From positions 1 through 60,546 of the IMG/VR virus record IMGVR_UViG_3300028024_000009: DNA of 60,546 nt. One strand, written 5' to 3'. The DNA comes from a virus. Taxonomy: Duplodnaviria; Caudoviricetes. The stretch's first letter is position 1, and the number at the start of each line of letters is the position of its first letter. The notes beneath the pieces are model-generated. The model had not been told where the DNA came from. It saw nothing but the letters and a program-made list of their open reading frames with translations, and searched no databases. Below, one piece after another: positions 1 to 8,358 of the stretch. A program made the translations under genes and the position numbers.

Positions 1-68
1 CTCCTCCCTGAAAACGAGCGCACTCGACTGTGGAGAAAATACAGCGATGCTTTCGCGGAGCTGACCCC

Positions 69-554
69 ATGAGATTGATTCGAACGCGTTCGACCGAAAC
101 GTATACGATGGGGTACTTCGAGCTGTCGAACGACCGACGCATCTACTCGCTAGAACGGCCGTGGGTTGCATGTACTCGAGGCAGTGCCAGTAATCTCCTG
201 CGGGGAATTCCTCCGTGCGGCGTGAAAGGCGTCTCGTGCGTTCCTCCCGGGCGTTATCTGCTCGAAAGGCACGAGTCGGAAGATCATCCAGGTACGCTCG
301 CGCTGGTGAATCCCGAGCTGTGGGTTTATCATCAGGAGTTTTTCGTGCCGAAGCCACAGCGGGGGATCGCGCGCACGGCAGTGCTGATCCACCCTGCCAA
401 CTGGCCCGAGCAGTTGCGCGGCTGTATCGCTCCGGGTCTAATTCAGGGGATCGGATATGTCGAGAATTCCCGTACGGCAACCGCACTTCTGTACAAGGAG
501 CTGACAGACGGCGATACCCTCGAGATCGTTTACGACCCGGCGCAATTGGTATGA
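69..554 (+). CDS. DUF5675-family protein (L,D-transpeptidase-like fold; candidate endolysin)
   Basis: Motifs 'YSLERPW', 'CVPPGRY', 'LIHPANWPEQLRGCIAPG' and 'VENSR' are typical of DUF5675. GGAG lies upstream of ATG 69. Confidence 0.8.
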   Translation: MRLIRTRSTETYTMGYFELSNDRRIYSLERPWVACTRGSASNLLRGIPPCGVKGVSCVPPGRYLLERHESEDHPGTLALVNPELWVYHQEFFVPKPQRGIARTAVLIHPANWPEQLRGCIAPGLIQGIGYVENSRTATALLYKELTDGDTLEIVYDPAQLV

Positions 555-557
555 GAT

Positions 558-785
558 ATGTTCATCAGCTTCACGATTGCCATCGTTCTGCTCGGTACGA
601 TCTATGGCGGAATGCTGTGGGAGGTGCGTCGGTTGCGGGAGAGAGTCCACGACCAGCAGAATCAGATCACGTGGTGCATGGCGGTGATCTCCCTGATCGC
701 AGTTCAAATTGGTATGTCCTTACCCAAAACCCCGGAGCAATGGAAAAATGAGCGGGACCCCTCGCAAGATGCAGGTGACCTTTGA
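558..785 (+). CDS. Small two-TM membrane protein, holin-like
   Basis: Two hydrophobic segments and a charged C-tail, directly downstream of the DUF5675 gene. Confidence 0.45.
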   Translation: MFISFTIAIVLLGTIYGGMLWEVRRLRERVHDQQNQITWCMAVISLIAVQIGMSLPKTPEQWKNERDPSQDAGDL

Positions 786-933
786 AGAATTCTCTGCCGA
801 GCGGACTTCGATCACCGTTGAGGTGGAAGTCTCGGGAGACGGGGCCGACGCGATCTCCCAAGCTTGTCAGAAGCTCGATTCTTCTTCATTCTGGGTGGCC
901 ACTGGAGTAGTCGAATGTCCAACGACAAAGTAG
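748..933 (+). CDS. Hypothetical protein
   Basis: ORF in a tightly packed operon. Confidence 0.5.
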   Translation: MSGTPRKMQVTFEEFSAERTSITVEVEVSGDGADAISQACQKLDSSSFWVATGVVECPTTK

Positions 934-1115
934 TCTACTTGAAGTTCAAGAACGATAACGCACCGATTCAGGAGGCTGTCTGCTACACCGGCTGTGCGAT
1001 CTGTCACAATAAGACATTTGTCATCATTGAGGACAATCCAGTCGGGAAGTATCCGATGGTTCGCTGCGCGTGTTGCGGGGCTGACATTGGCCGAGTCGGG
1101 TGGGCGCCGGATTGA
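915..1115 (+). CDS. Small zinc-ribbon protein
   Basis: CxxC...CxxC (CAIC, CACC), with GGAG upstream. Confidence 0.6.
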   Translation: MSNDKVVYLKFKNDNAPIQEAVCYTGCAICHNKTFVIIEDNPVGKYPMVRCACCGADIGRVGWAPD

Positions 1116-1175
1116 CTTCGAACGAATAGCCTTGGGTGGCTCGTTTGGTCGATAATGCGGCATCGGAGGTGCTAT

Positions 1176-1448
1176 ATGATCCATCCCCCGTTGAGGATAA
1201 AGTGGAAGGACGGTTCGCTCGTTACGGTCGCGGAAGCCGCGCGACGGATCGGGATCACCCAATGCGGGCTGTGGCATCGTCTTGAGATCGGTGTCCCCCG
1301 CGACCAGCTGTTCTTGCCCGGTACCGGATCGCGGGCCGCGCGAGTGGCCCAGATTCTGAAAGACGGCTCCCCGTTCATCGGGGCAATATCCGGCGAGATG
1401 ACACCCGAAGAGTATCTCGAAAACGACACGGGCCCGAAGAAACGATGA
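1176..1448 (+). CDS. HTH DNA-binding protein
   Basis: 'TVAEAARRIGITQCGLWHRL' is HTH-like. GGAGG lies upstream of ATG 1176. Confidence 0.6.
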   Translation: MIHPPLRIKWKDGSLVTVAEAARRIGITQCGLWHRLEIGVPRDQLFLPGTGSRAARVAQILKDGSPFIGAISGEMTPEEYLENDTGPKKR

Positions 1449-1721
1449 TTTACGGTCCCGTCATTTCGTTCGGCTACTGCTTCCAATGGCGCAAAGGTCG
1501 TTGGATTGCTAAACCCCTGAAACACATCTACGCTGCAAAGGAATTCTACCGGTGGGACCGTACCTTTGGCTGATCAGCGCCACGCTCCTCGTGGTGCTCG
1601 GAGTCGTCGAGATCTCTTCCAACCCCCACGCTTTCCTCGGTTGGGGCGCTTTGATTGTGGCCGGAGTGCATCTCTTAGTGTTCTGTCTCCGAATCAGATA
1701 TGATCGTATGAGGATTCGCTG

Positions 1722-2000
1722 ATGCGCTGGAAGAAAGGGGAAACCTTTAAGAAGATGCCGCCGCTCGCGATGATCCAATCGATCACGGTCGAGTATACCA
1801 AGGGATGCCTAGCGCCGGCTCAGCTGGTCAATCTGTCGATGTATGCCGGCATGCGTCGCGACAATCAGAGGATCCCTCCGGGGCAATTCTACTTCTATAT
1901 GGATTTCGATAACAACCCGTCCGGGTTGCACATCTACCCCACCCCTGAGAAACAACTGAACGTGCGCGTGCGCTATCTGCCAAAGGTGCAAGAAATATGA
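1722..2000 (+). CDS. Hypothetical protein
   Basis: ORF with GAGGA RBS and an ATGA overlap with the next gene. Confidence 0.6.
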   Translation: MRWKKGETFKKMPPLAMIQSITVEYTKGCLAPAQLVNLSMYAGMRRDNQRIPPGQFYFYMDFDNNPSGLHIYPTPEKQLNVRVRYLPKVQEI

Positions 2001-2257
2001 TTACGGATCTGCTTCGACGGCTCGGGTATCTCAAGGTCGATTACGGCTTCTCCTGCGGCCGTCACTTCATCGAGATCGACGGGAAAATCATCGCGCAGAC
2101 GAACGGCAACGACGTTTGGATGCGTGACGAGGACATCTCGACCCTGGGACGCGCTGTAATTCCGGGATGCGCCGCGCATTGGCAACGGCCGGTGCGCGAC
2201 CGGCAGTCGTCGGTCTTCTCGAAACTCGATCCATACCGTAGTGAGGATTTAGTATGA
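1997..2257 (+). CDS. Hypothetical protein
   Basis: ATGA overlaps on both sides. Confidence 0.6.
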   Translation: MITDLLRRLGYLKVDYGFSCGRHFIEIDGKIIAQTNGNDVWMRDEDISTLGRAVIPGCAAHWQRPVRDRQSSVFSKLDPYRSEDLV

Positions 2258-2487
2258 GATCGATTCGCTGGTACGCTTCGGCGACGACCCTCATCGTTTT
2301 CTACTCGGTGATCGTAGCGTTCCTCCTCTACCTGATCTTCTGGGTCGGAGTTGTCGAATGGTTATTCCCGAAGCTGCTCGGGCTGGATCGGTACGATTGG
2401 TTCGGGCTCGGGATTCTCGTCGGGTCTATTCTGTTAGGTTGGTGGATTTATGTCGCGCATAAAACGATCATGGAAGCAGACGATTAA
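2254..2487 (+). CDS. Two-TM membrane protein
   Basis: Two long hydrophobic stretches and a coupled start. Confidence 0.65.
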   Translation: MRSIRWYASATTLIVFYSVIVAFLLYLIFWVGVVEWLFPKLLGLDRYDWFGLGILVGSILLGWWIYVAHKTIMEADD

Positions 2488-2670
2488 GATTGATTTCCGG
2501 GAGATGCCGGACTATACGCGGTCCGAGCGCTATTTCGAACGTCGGTACAACCGACGACATTACGAGGCCGATCCCCGCGATTGGGATGCCGAGGAGATCT
2601 GCGAAATGAACGATCTGTACTCGTCCGGCGACCCGTGGGGAGGCGACGCCTCGATTTGGGAGTTAGATAC

Positions 2671-2904
2671 GTGAGAATATTCGAGATAGACAACCATTTC
2701 ATCGACCTCGAGTCGATTACGGCAATCACCCCTGTACAGGAGGCGAAGCAGGGGTGGGGGTGCTGGGGATTCGCCGTGCATTGCAAGCTGCACGAGCGGC
2801 CGATGTGGATCGGCGACAGCATCGAGACGGATCACTGGAGGACGAAGGAGCAGATTTGGGATATCCGTGCCACTCTGATCAACGCATGGAAGGAGGGTGC
2901 ATGA
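2671..2904 (+). CDS. Hypothetical protein
   Basis: GGGAG RBS before GTG 2671, coupled to the next ORF. Confidence 0.55.
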   Translation: MRIFEIDNHFIDLESITAITPVQEAKQGWGCWGFAVHCKLHERPMWIGDSIETDHWRTKEQIWDIRATLINAWKEGA

Positions 2905-3182
2905 TTCCCGAGAAGAAACCGTGCCCGTGTGGATACGTTTCACCGACGACCGGTAAAGGCTGCCCGCAGGTGATCCTGTCAGGATTCGGTAATCCGATGG
3001 ACGTCGAGACGGCTGACGAGATTATCGAGACATACAAGGACGCCGCACGGTTGAACTTTCTGCTTGCGAATCCGGGCGTATGCGCTACGCTCCAATTTCA
3101 GCTCGCACGCAAGCGGCGTGAGTGGATCGATTATCAGATGACGAAGCCGGGGAGGAAGAAACGTGCCAAAGAAACAGAGTAA
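2901..3182 (+). CDS. Hypothetical protein
   Basis: AGGAGG RBS and ATGA overlap. Confidence 0.6.
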   Translation: MIPEKKPCPCGYVSPTTGKGCPQVILSGFGNPMDVETADEIIETYKDAARLNFLLANPGVCATLQFQLARKRREWIDYQMTKPGRKKRAKETE

Positions 3183-3336
3183 GAATACGGTCACCGCCGT
3201 AATCTCGCAGATTCAGAACGACATCGACGATACGACCCGAGACCTCTCGGACGCCGAATATCTCGAGGTTCTCGAGGATATCGAGGGCTATATCAAATCA
3301 TGCATCGAAGCCAAGAAAGAGGAGATGGAGAAATGA
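3163..3336 (+). CDS. Small acidic hypothetical protein (57 aa; not in ORF track)
   Basis: GGAGG then GTG, reading MPKKQSKNTVTAVISQIQ...; its stop overlaps the next ATG. Confidence 0.55.
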   Translation: MPKKQSKNTVTAVISQIQNDIDDTTRDLSDAEYLEVLEDIEGYIKSCIEAKKEEMEK

Positions 3337-3575
3337 TTCCAGTAGTTGGTCAGTGGTACGAGGATCTGTCAACGAAGTTCAAGGTGACTTTCGTTGATCA
3401 CGACGACGGTCGGGTTGAGGTCGAATACCAGGACGGAAGCTCCGGCGAGATGGATATCGATGAATGGGATGAGGAGGATATCGCGCAGATCGAAGCCCCG
3501 CTCGACGATGAAGACGAGGACGCAGAGGACGAAGACGACGTAGAAGATGAGGACGAGGAGTACGACGATGTCTGA
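3333..3575 (+). CDS. DUF6763-like acidic protein
   Basis: 'PVVGQWY...FKV..VD.DDGRVEVEYQDG...EMD.DEW' pattern with an acidic tail. Confidence 0.6.
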   Translation: MIPVVGQWYEDLSTKFKVTFVDHDDGRVEVEYQDGSSGEMDIDEWDEEDIAQIEAPLDDEDEDAEDEDDVEDEDEEYDDV

Positions 3576-3686
3576 GTGGGCAGTCCAAAATCCGAATGGA
3601 TTCGGGTTTATCCTGTTTTGCGCCATTGCATCGGTTACGATCATCGGCGTGGCCTTTGCGATTGCCATCTCTGAGAGGAGAAGACA

Positions 3687-4682
3687 ATGATCCGCTTGCT
3701 CGACCACGGATTCGTTCGTCTCGTTTCCTACGTTCAGCCAGCGCCCGATTTCTCGGCCGTTGATAACCCCGAGTACGGAGGAAGTTCGGCTGACGTGATT
3801 CTCGATGCGCATAGCAAGTGGACGGGGGATCTGGAAATCATCCGCAACGCGCGCGTGTCGTACGATGCCGATTGGCGTAATGACGGAACGGTCCTGCACG
3901 AGCCGCATTGCCCGTCGATCCTGCCGCCGATGTCGAACGGAGAGCCTCGGCCCTGCAATTGCGTTCCACGTACGGTCTCGGACTCGCGCCTGATGGAGTA
4001 TCTCTACTCCCATATCCATTCGACGCCGTTCGAGGCGATGATCTTCACGTTCGAGGTGCAGGCACCGATCTTCGTCTTCCGGCAGTGGCATCGGCATCGC
4101 ACGTGGTCATATAACGAGGTGAGCGCGCGTTATACGGAGCTGCCGAGCACGTACTACGTTCCGGCCCCGGAGGATATCGGAACGCAAGACCCGAAAAACA
4201 AGCAAGGGCGTTCCTTCGTCCAAACCATGTCACAGGGCTATGCCGAACGCGAGCGGCAGCGGCTGATGGTTGAGGGGTTCGATATCGAAGCTTCCCACGC
4301 ACATCGGACGTACCAGGATCGACTGGGAGAGGGCGTGCCGCGCGAGATCGCACGGATCAACCTACCCCTGTCAACGTACTCCCGGATGTTCGGTACGGTA
4401 GATTTGTGGAACCTCTTCGGCTTCCTATCCCTGAGGGACCACCCGCATGCGCAGTACGAGATTCGAGTCTACGCGCAGGCGCTGAAAGAGCTGATCCGTC
4501 CAATCGTGCCGGAGGCGATGCGCGCGTACGACCGGTTCAAACGGACGATGATCGACACTGAGCATGAGTTTGTTGCGGATGTCAGGAACCTCGCACAGAC
4601 GATCACGGTCAACGGAAAAGAGTATATCGTGCAGGTCACGCCGGTGCCGTCTGACGACATGCTGATGCCAAAGGTGCGATAA
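3687..4682 (+). CDS. thyX: FAD-dependent thymidylate synthase
   Basis: 'ARVSY', 'H.TPFE', 'PIFVFRQWHRHRTWSYNEVSARY', 'REIAR..LP' and 'HAQYEIR.YA'. Confidence 0.96.
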   Translation: MIRLLDHGFVRLVSYVQPAPDFSAVDNPEYGGSSADVILDAHSKWTGDLEIIRNARVSYDADWRNDGTVLHEPHCPSILPPMSNGEPRPCNCVPRTVSDSRLMEYLYSHIHSTPFEAMIFTFEVQAPIFVFRQWHRHRTWSYNEVSARYTELPSTYYVPAPEDIGTQDPKNKQGRSFVQTMSQGYAERERQRLMVEGFDIEASHAHRTYQDRLGEGVPREIARINLPLSTYSRMFGTVDLWNLFGFLSLRDHPHAQYEIRVYAQALKELIRPIVPEAMRAYDRFKRTMIDTEHEFVADVRNLAQTITVNGKEYIVQVTPVPSDDMLMPKVR

Positions 4683-4906
4683 TGCGCAAGAAATTTACGA
4701 ATCAGGAGAAAAAGGAAGCGTGGAATCGCGGGGGATCGCTGCGACCCCGTACCCTGCTTCTGGAGGAGAAGATCAAGGAGCACGCGGCACGTACGGTTGA
4801 TAAGAGTGATGCCAGCAATCATCCTTTCATCGAGGGTTGGCATCGTAGAGTTTTGAAGGATTACGAGAAATGGAGAGAAAAGAATGGCAAAGGGTCGAAC
4901 TCCTGA
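4682..4906 (+). CDS. Hypothetical basic protein
   Basis: Coupled to the thyX stop (TAATG). Confidence 0.55.
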   Translation: MRKKFTNQEKKEAWNRGGSLRPRTLLLEEKIKEHAARTVDKSDASNHPFIEGWHRRVLKDYEKWREKNGKGSNS

Positions 4907-5093
4907 CTTCGAGATGAAGGCGATGAATAAAGGAACCGAACGCGCGCACCGCGTCGGCGCCGCATGGATGAATCGGGACAAGGAGGGGAACATCACTAGT
5001 ATCTCAATCAACCTCGACGAGTTCGTCGTTCTGGAAGGTAAGAACAACGATCTCGCTCTTACACTATTTCCTTGGGAGGAGAAGAAAAAATGA
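4884..5093 (+). CDS. Small DUF736-like (putative ssDNA-binding) protein
   Basis: 'RVGAAW....G...SISINLD....L.LF' pattern. Confidence 0.5.
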   Translation: MAKGRTPDFEMKAMNKGTERAHRVGAAWMNRDKEGNITSISINLDEFVVLEGKNNDLALTLFPWEEKKK

Positions 5094-5503
5094 CTAGATA
5101 TGACGACGAGCCGAACGTCGGCGTTTGGATGGTTGTCGGGATTGTGATCCTCGCTCTCGTGATCGGACTTGCGATGGTCGGATGTCCTACGTACAACGTC
5201 TACACGGCCCAGAAAGCGGGTGAGGCTGAGCTGGCTCAAGCGACGCAGAATCGGCAGATCGCGATCAACGAGGCGCAAGCGAAGATGGAGTCTGCCAAGC
5301 TCCTTGCCCAGGCGGAGGTCGAACGGGCCAAGGGAGTCGCCGAGGCGAACAAGATCATCGCGGAGGGTCTCAAAGGCCATGACGAATACCTTCGATATCT
5401 CTGGATCACGGAAGTTGCCGCTGTCGGAAAAGACGGCAAGACTGTTGTTTATGTTCCGACGGAAGCGAATCTACCAATCCTCGAAGCGGGAGCGCGCAAA
5501 TGA
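5090..5503 (+). CDS. Membrane-anchored SPFH/band-7-like coiled-coil protein
   Basis: TM helix, then 'P.YNVY', 'AEVERAKGVAEANKII', 'YLRYLWI' and 'VYVPTEANLPILEA'. Confidence 0.75.
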   Translation: MTRYDDEPNVGVWMVVGIVILALVIGLAMVGCPTYNVYTAQKAGEAELAQATQNRQIAINEAQAKMESAKLLAQAEVERAKGVAEANKIIAEGLKGHDEYLRYLWITEVAAVGKDGKTVVYVPTEANLPILEAGARK

Positions 5504-5883
5504 CCGGCCAAGAGCTGTACGAGCGATACCAGCAGCATTGCCACGGACGGATTGACTGCGTGGTCGAAGACTGGGACGATCTCTCCGAAGCAGACCAATC
5601 GACGTGGAATGCGCTCGGGTCCGAAGTTCATTGGATGGTACCAGAGTAGCCTTCGAAGGCAATTCTGTCGTATGCTATCCGGCATGAACCTCCCCGATTT
5701 TGAAAGCCCCGAGTGGAATGCGGAACGCGAGCGGCTGCAAGAGCAGATGGCGGCCGCTGTGGTCGCTCTCGTTACGCACATGAGCGGCCCCGGGCCCCTC
5801 TGCGGCAAATTTGATCTCCAGGACCCGTCCGGGCGTCCTATCTCCCTGACAATCGATGCGGGCGCACGCCCGCGGCCAAACTA

Positions 5884-6243
5884 ATGCGCTCGTTAGCTGA
5901 TAGCCGCAAGGCGTGGGAAGGTAGCTCGGTTCACACCACATTCACCGCGAACTGTGCATGCGGAGCGGAAGGCTATATCCAGGGAATTGATATCGAATTC
6001 GAGTCTCTGCGCCGCAAACTGAGTGTGGGGGGCTGGCGCTTTAACGATGCCGGCGACCGCTGCATCTGCCCGAAGTGCGGTCCGAAGAAATATCCGGAGC
6101 TGTACGTTCCTAACTCTCACTACAAAGCTAAACCAGATGGCAGTGTCAGTAATTCTCCGCGTGTCGTGCGACGCGTCGGTCAATCGGGAAGGAAGCAAGC
6201 TGAAAAAAAAGTGCTCGCGCCACGACGAATTCGAAAGCTCTAA
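5884..6243 (+). CDS. Zn-binding hypothetical protein
   Basis: CxC...GW...CxCPKC. A similar GW...CPDC ORF overlaps at ~6138-6373. Confidence 0.5.
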   Translation: MRSLADSRKAWEGSSVHTTFTANCACGAEGYIQGIDIEFESLRRKLSVGGWRFNDAGDRCICPKCGPKKYPELYVPNSHYKAKPDGSVSNSPRVVRRVGQSGRKQAEKKVLAPRRIRKL

Positions 6244-6473
6244 TATCTTCGCTTCGAAGAAGATGGCGACCGACGCGGGCTGGTGCTTTACGATGCGCTA
6301 CACGAAAGACATTATTCTCTGCCCCGACTGCGGGCCAGAAATCATGCCACACTACTACGCGAGGCGAACATGACCTGCTCAGATTGGCTTGAAAAGAACT
6401 TCTGGTGGTTCTGTCCAATGGTCGGGATAACTCTCGCTGGAATCATAATTTGGTTCCTCGGGTGATCTTCGGG

Positions 6474-6503
6474 TTGCAGCCGCTGATCGTTCTGTTTTAA
6501 GCT
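6474..6503 (+). promoter_or_regulatory. Candidate sigma70 promoter for the ncRNA region
   Basis: TTGCAG-N18-TAAGCT immediately after the last small ORF. Confidence 0.4.
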
Positions 6504-6509
6504 ATCGTT

Positions 6510-7150
6510 CGTCGCTCGGGTTGTTCGTTCGATCCCGTGCGGTGGGGTTTACGAAGCTACTGCTCCTTCACGGCTTCTCGCAAGAGAAGTCCCCGGTTAC
6601 GGGGATAAGGAGAAACGCTCCCCGGAACCCCCGGGTCGCAGCCGCTCCCTGCTAAAGTCCGTGTTTCCCCACAGTTACCTGGACTCCCTGGTATAGCGGC
6701 TACGGTCCTTCGCGAAGATTTCCGGATGGCTCTCCTCGGGTCGTCGTGCATTAGCCAGCGGACTCTCGGATGCCGGAAATCTTCGCAAAGGATCGAGCCC
6801 CGGTGCGCACACATCGAGGTTCGTTCGAAAAGGAATGCGGTCGGCGTGGTCAGACACGCAGCAGCCAAGCCCGTATGCTAGGTTTACGCGGGACAGCTTC
6901 GTCGGGGAGAGCCTAGAAAGTTCCCGTCGCTGGTGAAAGAAGTCTTAGTAACGCGTCCAAGAGGCTCCCGGTTTACCGGTACAGCTCTATCCGGGACTAC
7001 CAAGCGAATCCAGCACCGCAGACGATGAATAGGGGAAGATCGTTAAGAGCTTCGGCTCGCGACTGGTGAGCTCAAAGTCACAGACAACGAGCTAACTTAC
7101 CAGCCAGCTAAGATCCTTAGCGGGATCGTCGCTGAAGAGCTTCCCCGGCG
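6510..7150 (+). ncRNA. Candidate large structured ncRNA (~640 nt)
   Basis: No credible ORF. Tetraloop hairpins CTTCTC-GCAA-GAGAAG and GAGC-TTCG-GCTC. Long stem 6712-6726/6773-6786. Long-range pairs 6538-6544/7014-7020 and 7032-7038/7140-7146. Confidence 0.7.
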
Positions 7151-7152
7151 CC

Positions 7153-7223
7153 GACGAGATTAGCTCAGTGGTAGAGTGCGGGACTAGGTCCCGAGGTCGA
7201 GGGTTCGAATCCCTCATCTCGTC
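7153..7223 (+). tRNA. tRNA-like gene with shortened (5-nt) anticodon loop; identity undetermined
   Basis: 8-bp acceptor GACGAGAT/ATCTCGTC, D arm GCTC-AGTGGTA-GAGT, T arm GAGGG-TTCGAAT-CCCTC, anticodon arm CGGGA-CTAGG-TCCCG. No encoded CCA. Confidence 0.75.
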
Positions 7224-7361
7224 CTTTTCAGGTTGCGCCCGAGCCGAGGCACAATGAGTATCGGCCCGCATTTCTGGGAGCTTGCGTAATCCGTACCCAG
7301 CGCATCCGAGTCTGCGACAGTGCGTTCGGCCGTGTCATCCCTGCGGAATCAGGGATGGGTC

Positions 7362-7506
7362 CTTTTCTCGAGGGCCCTGGGAATGCTGCCGTGACTACAT
7401 TCTAGGTTATGACGTCACGGCTAATCTTCGTCGCAGGGTCCTCGAGAAAAGCAGGTGCAAGAGCATGATCCAGACGAAGAGGATCGCCGGTTCGAATCCG
7501 GCCTGT
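7362..7506 (+). ncRNA. Pseudoknotted RNA with tRNA-like T arm
   Basis: 18-bp stem 7362-7379/7434-7451, loop GACGAAGA complementary to TCTTCGTC, and GCCGG-TTCGAAT-CCGGC. Confidence 0.55.
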
Positions 7507-7671
7507 GGAGGCGGGGGTGCGCAATCGTACACGCACAGTGTCTTTTCGAAGGCGCAGTGATAAAAATCGAGGGCAGGTAGCTACTCTCCGCTTCATGCAC
7601 GCATGGGGGACTACGGAGAAACAGTACCTCGGTGGAATCCAATTGGGCAACTCCTCACTGCGCCCCCGAAA

Positions 7672-7765
7672 GGGGTTGACGTTTGCCCGAACGTTCTGCT
7701 ATTGAGGGTTCTGTTTACTCAGCTCGGAGCCTTCGAAGTACGGCAAGCGTCAACTCCCCTTTTTT
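7672..7765 (+). terminator. Long GC stem followed by T-tract (terminator-like or 3' domain of a small RNA)
   Basis: GGGGTTGACGTTTGCC pairs with GGCAAGCGTCAACTCC, followed by TTTTTT. The ~55-nt loop is atypical for a simple terminator. Confidence 0.4.
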
Positions 7766-7835
7766 CTCAACCAACCGCTCGACCTATTGCCCCGTTTAAG
7801 CTACGCTTATTCGGGGTTTTTCTTTGGAGCAGAAA

Positions 7836-8189
7836 ATGTCGAAATCTAATCGAGGGTTTGCGTCGATGAGCGCGGAACGGCAACGTGAGATTGCGAGCAT
7901 GGGCGGGAAAGCCGTACCGGCGGAGCAGCGTTCGTTTTCGCGGAACCGGGGGCTCGCAGCGGCGGCGGGCGCAAAGGGGGGTAAAAGCGTGCCCGCAAAC
8001 GAACGGAGCTTCTTTAAGGACCGCGATTTAGCTCGGGCGGCGGGGTCGTCCGGGGGTAAAGCCGTACCGGCCGATAAACGCTCCTTCGCGCAAAACGCGA
8101 GCTTGGCAGCAGAGGCTGGTCGGAAAGGTGGTTTGGCCCCGAGAACACCCACTGAGGAGAAGACCGATGCTAAGCCAAGCAACGAGTGA
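7836..8189 (+). CDS. KGG-repeat general stress protein (YciG/GsiB-like)
   Basis: 'RGFASMS.ERQREIASMGGK' plus three 'RSF...LA..AG..GG' repeats. Confidence 0.9.
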   Translation: MSKSNRGFASMSAERQREIASMGGKAVPAEQRSFSRNRGLAAAAGAKGGKSVPANERSFFKDRDLARAAGSSGGKAVPADKRSFAQNASLAAEAGRKGGLAPRTPTEEKTDAKPSNE

Positions 8190-8358
8190 GGAACAGGCAT
8201 GGGTTTTGGTCTATGGAATCTCACTGGCGATCGGCATGCTCGGGAGGAAAGGGGCCGCTCCGGGATTCGAAGAGAGGTTCGCGGACAAAATCGACTCACA
8301 AGCTCGGGCCGTTGCGGACCAAGCTGTCACCACCCTGAAAGAGAAGGGAGTCCTGTGA
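8167..8358 (+). CDS. Hypothetical protein
   Basis: GAGGAG RBS, coupled to the next gene. Confidence 0.55.
   Translation: MLSQATSEEQAWVLVYGISLAIGMLGRKGAAPGFEERFADKIDSQARAVADQAVTTLKEKGVL

Noticed and set aside
3687-4682. Intein or intron in thyX, terL or polA
   Set aside because: Frames are continuous, insertions are short, and there are no C...HN splice motifs or homing endonuclease.
6650-6670. RNase P RNA (AAAGTCC)
   Set aside because: Lacks the GAGGAAAGUCC context and the 3' conserved region.
7179-7193. Amber-suppressor tRNA (CTA in loop) and TAG recoding
   Set aside because: Centring CTA in a 7-nt loop destroys the stem, and several well-bounded genes end in TAG (8855, 10839, 20848, 22392, 55170).
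7130-7260. Hammerhead (CTGAAGA) or HDV-like theta ribozyme beside the tRNA
   Set aside because: No GAAA core after a stem II and no recognisable nested double pseudoknot. A covariance search would be needed to exclude it fully.
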